Made by a program: the position numbers and the translations under genes. A DNA stretch of 64,000 nt, from contig NC_043006.1 in the NCBI RefSeq assembly GCF_006345805.1, positions 53,444,001 to 53,508,000 of the forward strand, written 5' to 3'. Each line of letters opens with the position of its first letter. Positions within the stretch are counted from its first letter, which is position 1. Origin of the DNA: Octopus sinensis (taxonomy: Eukaryota). Shown here piece after piece: positions 54,036 to 64,000 of the stretch. The notes beneath the pieces are model-generated. The model did no database searches. It was not told the origin of the DNA and worked only from the letters and a program-made list of their open reading frames with translations.

Positions 54036-54974
54036 ACTTTCTCAAATACCAGATTTAAAGTGTAAGAGCCAAAGGTTCGTAATAAATGCTACATAAGAAT
54101 ATTACCAAACTCAAACTTATATTACGTGTGTGTGTGTGTAAGCATACATATCTGTGCATATATGTGTGTGCGTGTGTGAGAGAGAGGAAGTATATACACA
54201 TATGCACACAAAAATTACACAAGTTCATTTTGGAAGAGCGTATTAATAAAATTAGGGAGATAACTGCTCATCTGAATAAATCTCAAGGGAGTCATTTAAC
54301 GCTTCCGTTTGATATTCATGTAAAAATATAAATATAAATATAAAAAACATCGTTTCACACACAAACACACACGCGCATAAGCGCACACTTGCATTCATTT
54401 TAACTGATTTTACACACACACATGTGCGCGCACACACACACATATATATATGAATGTACACATAATACATACATAGATACATACATACATAATACATACA
54501 TACGTACATACATACGTACATACATACATAATACATACATACATAAATACATACATACATAAATACATACATACATACATAAATACATACATAATTCATA
54601 CTTACATACATACATACATACATACATAAATACATACATACAGACAGACAGACAGAAGACAGACAGACAGACAGACAGACATAATATATGCATGTATCAG
54701 GGTTGTGACGTCCAGTTAATCAAATCAGGCTGCGTTTCGCAGTACTAAGGCTATAAATATATAAAATATTAAATAAATAAAAATAAATATATGGTTTCCA
54801 ATTAATTATGTAAATAAATCCTAATTTAATGCATGTCATTCTGCGTAGAACTCCTTCATTGGCTACATTTTTTATTGCAGACAGCTGCAGTGTCTGTTAT
54901 CTGCTGTTGCCTTTGAAGTTCAATGTATGTACTAAGCGTAATGCTATTAATCCTACGGCCCGTGAGTTAAGCTA

Positions 54975-55274
54975 CATGCATCACAGTCACCGTGACCAAC
55001 CAGGCTATCAGATGTTGCTACACATCGCTGGTCACAATGCGCTTCGCATTGGTTTAGCCTTCAAATAACACCACCCCGCTGGCTAAGCGAGCAGGCCAAC
55101 AGAAGAAAGAGTGAGAGAAAGTTGTGGCGAAAGAGTACAGAAGGGATCGCCACCACCTCCTACCGGAGCCTCGTGGAGCTTTAGGTGTTTTCGCTCAATA
55201 AACACCCAGGACGCCCGGTCTGGGAATCGAAACCGCGATCTCGCTGCCCTAACCACTGGACGATTGTGCCTCCA
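54975..55274 (-). mobile_element. SINE family C, longer copy
   Basis: Colinear with 53781-53968 plus additional 3' sequence. Confidence 0.88.
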
Positions 55275-55702
55275 CGTAACATACATAACGCATAAATTTA
55301 AGAAGGAGTGAATGAAGTGGGCGGAGCAGGAGGATACTCGTGGATGGAAAGGTTCGCTGAAGAGGTGACAGAGGAGTGATGAAAGATGTCCAGACAGTGG
55401 ATATATATAAAACAAGAACAATAATAAAAGAACGAATAAACAGTGCGTGTGTTTATTAGACAAAAAAATTACCCTCCCGAAATATAACAATAAAATAGGC
55501 CACTTAATGCTTTTTTTTTTTTTAATTCTTGGTCTCCTTGCTTCAAACACCCCTTTCTTCTTATTTTAAAAATCCAAATGGGTCAAAGAAACTAATTCAC
55601 CTATTCGACTTCACCTTTGAAGTTCTGGTTCTGCAACTATAAGGCAAGTGATTGTTCTTAAGACTTATGGTGCAAAGTGAAATGTTTTATCAATGTAGAG
55701 GC

Positions 55703-55736
<34 letters not shown>

Positions 55737-55762
55737 TAATAATAATAATAATAATAATAATA

Positions 55763-56180
55763 TGTACATTGTTTTGTCTTGGTATAAAAGATGGGCTACA
55801 GCAAATATTCTGCTCGATACCCCAAATTTGCTTGTCAGTTGTTTGACCACAACCAGTTGAGCATGTCCCTTAGTGGCTGACGATATGTGCATCTCTGATC
55901 ACGAGCAGAAGTAGTGGGGGAGCATCATAGCCATGTGTTGAGAGGGATTCTTTGGGGTTTGAATAGTTCACCTCTGGAAATACGGGTGTTTCGTTCAACA
56001 TCCTTAAACAACCCTTATTCGGAGCCCCACCTGCAAGGTCATGCGCTATTTATCTTGATATGTGATCACCATGTCGCGTCATAGTGTACTCTTATCAGAC
56101 GTGTAGTCATGATGGGTATACTGGGCTTCGTTTATTTGACCCTAGTGTCACTTTGATGGCATGCACTGCTCACTCACTCG
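55763..56180. mobile_element. Repeat family G copy 1 within an (AAT)n array, two internal deletions
   Basis: Homologous to 56287-56734; orientation unresolved. Confidence 0.75.
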
Positions 56181-56207
56181 ATAATAATAATAATAATAAT
56201 AATAATG

Positions 56208-56286
<79 letters not shown>

Positions 56287-56288
<2 letters not shown>

Positions 56289-56734
56289 TATTCTGCTCAA
56301 TACCACAGATTTGCTTGTCAGTTGTTTGACCTTAACCAGTTGAGCATGTCCCTTAGTGGCTGACGATATGTGCATCTCTGATCACGAGCAGAAGTAGTGG
56401 GGGAGCATCATAGCCATGTGTTGAGAAGGATTCTTTGGGGTTTGAATAATTCACCTCTGGAAACATGGGTGTTTCGTTCAACGTCCTTAAACAACCCTTA
56501 TTCAGGGACCTTTTGAGCGGGATGGGTTACTCGATCTGAAGAAAATTCTAACTGGGCTCCACCTGCAAGGTCATGTGCTGTTTATCTTGATATGAGATCA
56601 CCATGTCGCGCACATATGGTTGTGATGCATGTGCCTGGTGTACCTTTATCAGACGGGTAGTCATGATGGGTATATTGGGCTTCGTATATTTTACCCCAGT
56701 GTCACTTTGATGGCATGCTCTGCTCACTCACTCG
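56287..56734. mobile_element. Repeat family G copy 2 within an (AAT)n array
   Basis: Same right end (ctcactcactcg) as copy 1 and a different left end. Confidence 0.75.
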
Positions 56735-56761
56735 ATAATAATAATAATAATAATGATGATG

Positions 56762-56804
<43 letters not shown>

Positions 56805-56985
56805 CAATAATAAAATAATAATAATAATAATAATAACAATAATAATAATAATAATAATAACAACAACAACAACAACAACAACAACAATAACAATAATAAT
56901 AATAATAATAATAATAATATAATAATAATAATAATAATAAATAATAATATAATAATAATATAATAATAATAATAATATAATAATA

Positions 56986-57030
<45 letters not shown>

Positions 57031-57063
57031 TAATAATATAATAATAATAATAATAATAATAAG
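56735..57063. repeat. (AAT)n/(AAC)n microsatellite
   Basis: Directly visible. Confidence 0.98.
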
Positions 57064-57370
57064 TAATGACAGAAATTATCCAGGACATACATCCTCCTCC
57101 GCTTCCTGCGCATTGCTTCTCATGGGAGCGGACGTGGCTAAACCAGTTACTGCCATATTTGTCTTGAGATAACATTTGTTATGAATTTGCTGATTTAAAA
57201 ATATAGTAAATATCAGAAAGAGACGAAAATTCGTCAGAGCAATGGTACGAGCATTGCTAGAAATAGTAGTCAAAAACAACTCAAAGAGCCACGAACGTCA
57301 TGTGTCGAACGAAAGACGGGGAGCGAGAAGAAAGAAACACCTTACCCTTCTGAGACAAAGTCATGAATGA

Positions 57371-57442
57371 GGCAACAGATATGTCCATATCACGTGATTT
57401 CGAACTCTGAATTTATCATAGTTCTCATCAGCGGATCTTACC
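57371..57442 (-). ncRNA. Type I hammerhead ribozyme, canonical core, AUA site (predicted cut between 57388 and 57387)
   Basis: uccg-CUGAUGA-GAACU a UGA uaaau UCA g AGUUC-GAAA-UCACGUGA-UA-ugga; palindromic AUCACGUGAU stem III; distal stem I gguaa/uugcc. Confidence 0.85.
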
Positions 57443-57576
57443 GGCCTGGGGTGAAAAGGGGTAGATCTCACTTCGCCATGCTCATGAGGTAATCGTAGAA
57501 CAGCATATGCTAAATTCAAATTCGGTAGGGATGTTATAGTATAAATGAAATAATATAATACATGAAATGTATTATA

Positions 57577-57718
57577 GGGGCAGGAGTGGCTGTGCGGTAA
57601 GTAGCTTGCTTACCAACCACATGGTTCCGGGTTCAGTCCTACTGCGTGGCACCTTGGGCAAGTGTCTTCTACTATAGCCTCGGGCCGACCAAAGCCTTGT
57701 GAGTGGATTTGGTAGACG
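57577..57718 (+). mobile_element. SINE family A 5' half
   Basis: Well-preserved head and CORE-like domain. Confidence 0.93.
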
Positions 57719-57767
57719 TTTTTTGACTCCTATTTCTAGTAATGCTGGCACAACTTTGTACCCTGTT

Positions 57768-57817
<50 letters not shown>

Positions 57818-57821
57818 TAAT

Positions 57822-57877
<56 letters not shown>

Positions 57878-58345
57878 TATATTATATATATATAGTATAA
57901 AGGTGAAAAGGAACACACGAGTTGATATATATGGAAAAAAAGTCAAGATAGAAAATGCTAAAATAATTTTATAAAAAACATTTCACTACCGGTTTCAGTC
58001 ATTGAGACTTTTTCAACTGTAACAATTAAATAATTAAATTTAGAAAAATTAAAAGAAAAGTTTTTTTAAAAGAATATTTGTATAGTGTTCAAATACAAGT
58101 GGCATTTTACTTGTTTCTGCCTGTCTCTGTCTCTCTTGTTTACTCTTGTGGGTTCGAGGTCCTTGTGAATTCTTGGTAGGAAAGAAGAAGAAGAAAAAGA
58201 AGGAGCAGGAGAAGAAGGGGAAGAAGAAGAAGAATTTGGGAGTGCCATGATAGTAGTATTTTGAATGGTCAGTAGATGGTAGCAGTCCCTGTTCAATTCA
58301 TGAAAATATTTCTTTAGAATGTTTTGTTTATATATATATTCTAAA

Positions 58346-59513
58346 CTAGCATTAAAGACCCGTCGTTGCCGGGTCATAGTGCTAGTGCATGTATATATGT
58401 GTACATATTACATGTACATCTATATATATACATCTACACATAAAACATAAAGTTATATCTTGATATCGCTAGTGATAACAATACTCAAAATATATAACAG
58501 ACTGGAATTGTTAGCCCGTCTCTTGTAATTTCGATCAATTGTACCTTGTCCTACCTCTTGTATAGAAGTGTGGCTACAATCCAGCCTACCTCTACTTCGG
58601 GGGGGGGGCATTTTAAATTTTTTTCCGGGACGTCCTACGTCCCAGATATAAAGGTAAAAATAAGATATTTCCACTTTGCAAGTTCGAGTCGAGTACTCCC
58701 TTGCACGCTCCATTGACTCGAACCTTGCTTCTATTGTGGCGAATTTACCGCCTCTGATTAGATACCTTTCATAGTCGCACCAAGACACCTTTCGAAGGTG
58801 CTTTCCTCCAGGTGTTCAAATCTTTTTTTCTCTACATTGTATATACTTTATAGACAATAGTCTTTTCTTTAATTTAATTTTTTATAATCCATCTGGACTA
58901 TTCCATTTCTGCACGCTAATTTTATTTTTAATTTATTCCCATTCATGTGAAACCACTTATTCAAGTTAAAATCATTGATGCAATTTTATACCAATTGCTA
59001 TTTTTACTTTTGTCATATTACTTTAGTTTGATTTCAATTATTACTTACTACATATAATTCAATTGTTATTATTATTTTTATTGTTAAAGTGAAAGTATCT
59101 GACATAAAATAGAGAAACGTTTTTGTTTCACTTTTAACACGTAATACTGAAATAGTGGAGAAGATATGATATTGCTACGGGCTCGCTCTAGCCAAGAAGT
59201 TGAACATTGTTTTGCCCATGAAACTACATGGACCCAAAGAAGGCATGTGTAAAATTTGAATGGAATTGGTTGTGTAGTTCTCAAGTTTTAGGGAATCGTA
59301 GTGGAGAAGATATGATATTGCTGTGGGCTCGCCCTAGGCAAAAAGTTCAAAAAGTTTTTGCCGATGACACTCCCCGGACCCTAAGTAAGGCATGTATAAA
59401 ATTTGAATGAAATTGGTTGTGTAGTTCTCAAGTTTTAGGGAAACACACACACACACACACACACAGACAGACAGACAGACACACACACATTCTCAGTTTT
59501 ATATATATAAAGA
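58346..59513 (-). mobile_element. Non-autonomous Helitron with (TCTG)n/(TG)n near the 5' end and a ~146-bp internal tandem duplication (about 59154-59441)
   Basis: A|TCtttatatatataaaac start at 59513; gacccg hairpin and CTAG|T at 58346. Confidence 0.82.
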
Positions 59514-59887
59514 TGATTAATAAAGACAGAGTGCATTGGAAGTTTCGTTTAGGACTACGATCTTACTTCTCCACTGGTAGGAAGCGATGTAATGGAGTTG
59601 AATACATCCCATATTGCAGAAGAAACCTCCTCGGTCCACATGAAGCGGTTCAGTGTTATAAGATGTGCATTTCGTTGATATATGTAAACAAGATGACGTT
59701 GGTATTTTATGCGTGTTAATAAATACGAAAAATAAATGTAAAGAATAGAAGGGATGGTCAGAATGGTTTTTGAATGAAAAGGTATATATATATATATGTA
59801 TATATATATATGTATATATATATATATAGTATAATATAAACATGTGCGTGTGTGGGGGTATAAATATGTGTGTGTATATATGTATAT

Positions 59888-59921
<34 letters not shown>

Positions 59922-61627
59922 GACGTAAAGGGTGATTCAAATGTCCCTTTACCATTTTATACATTATTTAATTGCTAAACTCGTATTATCTTGTGTTTAT
60001 TCACACACACACACACACATACATACACATACACACGCATGCATGTAAAGTAATATACATATATGTGTACATTGTTATAATGTATGTTGGATCTATGCAC
60101 TAGTACGTATTTTATGTGTGTGTGTGTGTATATATACATAAATGTGTGTGTGTGTATGTGTGTATACACACATGTGTGTGTTAATATACACATACATAAT
60201 GTACGATTGTACGCATGTACTTTTCGTATGTATGTCTTTATATTTTCTAATAACGTCAGAAATGATAAATATACACTCCACATGAGTTTCGTAAACAGAC
60301 TATTTCTCAAACAATCATTCTTCAGCCCCGCTTCCCGCATCTATTTATCTCTCAATGACGCTATTTCAGGAACCTCCTACGCAATAGTCTTCATACTCCT
60401 TCTATATCTTCTTCCGTAAAAAAAAAAATGTTTGCATCCCACCCTATGTTATACTCATTCTTTTCATTTTGAAACAGTATCCTACACAGGAAGGGCGATG
60501 GAATGCCACAAATAGTTGTTGTTGTCGTTGTTATTGTTGTTGATGCTGTTGCTGTTATTCGGTGACCCTAGGTCAGTCCTGATTCAGCAGATATATATGT
60601 GATGTATGCAGTTATCCGATCGGTTTTGGACGATTACATTCACAAACAGCTCCATAGTTGTAAGCGGTTGCACGATCTGTTAGAAATTGTAACCGAATTT
60701 TCCTCAAACTTCATCTTACCGGCTTCAAAAAGAAGCTGCATAAATTTGTAACTGGATATAACATATCAGAAACTAAGAGTGATGGTCACAGTTAGGAGGT
60801 TGGTTGGGTGATCGATTAAGAGTCATTACAGAAAGTCAAAGTACAAATAATTATTATTTAGCCCCAAGTCAGTCTCTGATCTAACAAACCTATACTCAAA
60901 GACGTATCAACTATCACCAATCCTTTTGTTTTGGCTTGTTTTTTTTTTTTTTTGTTTTTTCTCACAATACATATACAGAAGTCAATTTATTCAATGTGTC
61001 CTTATAAGACAGGGAAGTGTGTGTGGCTTGATGAGATATGGCTGCTACTTCTAGCGAGTTGAATGACCATGTAGCGGTTCCCCTGTTGGCTCATTGCACC
61101 ATTTTTGCTGTTGTTGTTTTGGTTAACACCAAGTCGATTTTAATCGACCTGACCTATGATCAAAGGCGCTCCATTCGGGATAAACACGTTTTACTTCAAG
61201 CAATACAGCTTGGCAGCATTATTCGATATGTCCTGTCTCATTGCTGATTGGGATTCGATGGAAATTTAGTTACTGTTTCTAGCAGGTCAATGAATACTTA
61301 GAGAACTACCCCTTTGGTTCGTTCTCTTTAGGGTTTTGAAGCACAACAGAAATACTAGAGCACCGAACATTTACAGAAAGTCATAGTACAAATAACTATT
61401 ATTTAGCCCGAGGTCAGGCTCTTTATCCAGCAAAAAGGACTCGTTATATTGAATTTTATCGATAATATCGTGTGGAAAAAGGGGGTGTTGCAGTTCCGCA
61501 GTGCCTATACACTAGCCGCCACTGTTTTAAGGGTCATTTCTATTTGAAGATAATGTTATTAGATAGTATAGTGGTCATTGATATCTAAAGATAGTGTTTT
61601 ATCAGTGCATAATACATAGTACATTGA

Positions 61628-61800
61628 CTTCACGTTGTTACAGTTTACTCAGCTGGCAAAAAATGAGTATTACCTGTATTTGGAAAGGCCAGCAACCACA
61701 GCGTGTCTGTGGAATATTCAACGACTTGCATGTTAATTTCACGTGTAAGCTGTTCTGTTGATCGGATCAACTGGAACACTCGTCGTTGTAACCGACGGAG
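61628..61800 (+). mobile_element. SINE family D 3' part
   Basis: ttcacgttg..actcagctggcaaaaaatgag..gttgatcggatcaactggaac. Confidence 0.8.
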
Positions 61801-61885
61801 TAGTATATCTGCTAGTAGATTGGCATGTAATCATCATCATCATCATCAATCATCATCATCATCATCATCGTAGTAGTCAATTGTA

Positions 61886-62442
61886 TTGAGTTGTCCGGAA
61901 AGTGCGCGCCGATTTACAGTAGCTTACCTTTCGACTTATTTTAGAACATGGTTGAGTCCATAAAATAGGATTTGACTACACCTCCACTGAGAGTACAGTT
62001 TAAGCTATCTTTTCGTGGAAGAAGATTTATGTTCCTATAACCTGTGTTAATTCTGTAACCCTTTAAAATGGAAGATAAGAAAGTTCATTTTCGACACTTG
62101 ATACTTTGGGAACCAGACAAAAATTGCTGCAGCTCGGCTGGGATATGTTACCCCACCCTCCGTATTCACCAGATATTGCTCCTTTGGATTTCCACTTATT
62201 CAGGTCTCTGTCTTAATGGTAAAAATTTCGATTTCTTGGATGACGTAAAAAGATACCTTGATGAATTCTTTGCCATGAAACCACCTCAATTCTGGGAAGA
62301 GGGTATTTTCAAGTTAAAGGTAAGATGGAAACGCATTGTGCAAGAAAATGGTTCATATTTGGTTGATTAAAAATGTAATGGCAAGTATTATTGACCTTTT
62401 TCTTTCCTTTAAAAATCGGCACGAACTTTCCGGACAACCCAA
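61886..62442 (+). mobile_element. Non-autonomous mariner deletion derivative, copy 3
   Basis: TA-flanked TIRs; MEDKKVHFRHLILWE fused directly to the C-terminal HPPYSPD region. Confidence 0.96.
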
Positions 62443-62574
62443 TATTTAGAGTTAGTACTGGTGTATATTATATACTAGCAATTGATATTTTGGAGTAGTA
62501 TTGGTATGTAACAGTGTCTGGAGAAAGCGCGAGAGTATAGTATATATGTAGCAAAAGTGTTTTATATAAATACT

Positions 62575-62850
62575 GGCACTATGTCCAGATAGCGTTGAAT
62601 ATTGTTCCTTCTCGAGCCACGCCTCGCTCATAAGGGCCAGTTTCCCGGTTTCCTTGGCGTATAGGTTCCCCACCTGGACGGGACGCCGGTCCGTCGCAGG
62701 TGAGCTGCAAGATGCAAGAGTGAGAGAAAGAAGTTCGCCATTACCTTCTGCTGGAGCCGCGTGGAGCTTAGGTGTTTCGCTCATAAACACACACATCGCC
62801 TGCTCTGAGATTCGAACCCGCTGCTCTAACCACAAGGCCATGTGCCTCCA
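62575..62850 (-). mobile_element. SINE family C variant with a V-domain-like block
   Basis: tRNA head plus cctgcgacggaccggcgtcccgtccagg on the minus strand. Confidence 0.8.
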
Positions 62851-63723
62851 CAGCGTTGAAGATAGTGTTGGTATATAATATAGTAGTGGCCTTTTATACC
62901 TTGGATGATGGTATAGTCTAATATCCATTCATATTTAGACTGTGGACACTGCTTTACGTCCTAAACGTTATTCGTCTCAGTTTTCGTCGACGAAGACTGT
63001 ACTACCTGCATTAGGATTACTTGACTAGAAGCATTTTACCTTTTAGTAATCTGTGTGTATGTGTCTGTATAAATATATGTGTACGTCTGTCTATGTGGCT
63101 ACATGTGTCTGTTTGTGTATATCCGTGTTTTTTGGGGGGTTTTTATCTGTGTATGACTGTATACGTGTGTGTATGTTGTGTTACAGGTAGTAGAGGGTTG
63201 ACTGAGACTAAACGACAGTACAGCAGCCGACCTAAATAACGTTCAAAAAGAAAATTGCTTGTCCATTCATTATCTGAGTGCCATGGATATCGGCGGTGAT
63301 AGCTGCAATCTTGTCAGTGAGTCATTGTTGCTTTGATAACGATTTACTGAACTCCCTGTTATAATAGGGTATTTATTTCTCGAGAATTACTACTTGGGCG
63401 TAAAAAGTGAAGAGTTCACAGTGAGGTTTTCGATGATATTCTCGTAAAATTTCAGGAAACATGTTTGTCATAGAATTACACCCACCCTATAAAATGGCTA
63501 GAATTGCTTCTTCTAATCCACTGCCAACCTATTTCCATTAAAGAAGTGTCACGCCTTCACTGATAAAGCTTCCTTGTATCTCAATGTCGTTGTTTATTAT
63601 GTCTGTCGTCGTGGCTATTACCGTCGTCGTCGTTATCGTAGTCGACATCGTCTGCTTTACTGAATTCTAAAAGAACAAGTCACGTAGGGTTTGTTAGACA
63701 AGCCTATACAGTTTCATACATCG

Positions 63724-63890
63724 TGCGGGCATGGCTGTGTGGTAAGATGTTAGTATCTTAATAACTCGTTTCCGAGCACGATCCCATCACACTGTGCCTC
63801 GAGCACGATTCTATTACCTTAAACTGGAGTCGACCAAAATCTTGGGAATGAAATTGAACATACAGAACTGTATATAGAAGCCCATTAGAT
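63724..63890 (+). mobile_element. Decayed SINE family A 5' half
   Basis: gcgggcatggctgtgtggtaag head; rest diverged. Confidence 0.55.
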
Positions 63891-64000
63891 GGACTGTACG
63901 TAATTCTTGGTTAGTAAACCTAATCTGCCGTTCGGTTTAACACCTCTACCGAGCACTTGGATGTATTTAGTGGAATAGTACGTTCCGCTGTGAGAATTCT

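Noticed and set aside
55701-57063. Repeat-spacer appearance as a CRISPR array
   Set aside because: Eukaryotic context; the repeats are AAT microsatellites and the spacers are homologous to each other.
60270-60330. Minus-strand CUGAAGA...GAAACUC..GAGUG as a hammerhead
   Set aside because: Position 17 is G, stem II is not adjacent to the core, and there is no stem I.

Overview
AT-rich, microsatellite-dense eukaryotic DNA. The SINE families match those I recognise from Octopus genomes, so the taxon is inferred rather than proven. It looks intronic or intergenic: no host protein-coding gene can be assigned, and nearly all supplied ORFs are simple-repeat or transposon artefacts. The window is a mosaic of several tRNA-derived SINE families, three copies of one internally deleted mariner, a hAT MITE, two non-autonomous Helitrons, and decayed RTE, CR1/L2, Gypsy and Tigger fragments. 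The main signal is a set of type I hammerhead ribozyme (HHR) motifs, each with a palindromic stem III. (1) A ~596-bp tandem array at 49143-50656 has one canonical HHR per unit on the minus strand, an unusually long stem II, splice-like sites overlapping the ribozyme, and an inverted terminal copy; it looks like a retrozyme or Penelope pLTR. (2) A canonical HHR caps a ~150-nt rod-like inverted repeat at 48024-48175. (3) A canonical HHR at 57371-57442 is followed by a putative short intron and ATG-containing exon. (4) A tRNA-headed SINE carries a minimal HHR (two decayed copies). (5) Several Penelope-tail-like repeats carry core-variant HHRs. All folds were derived by eye; catalytic activity is untested.
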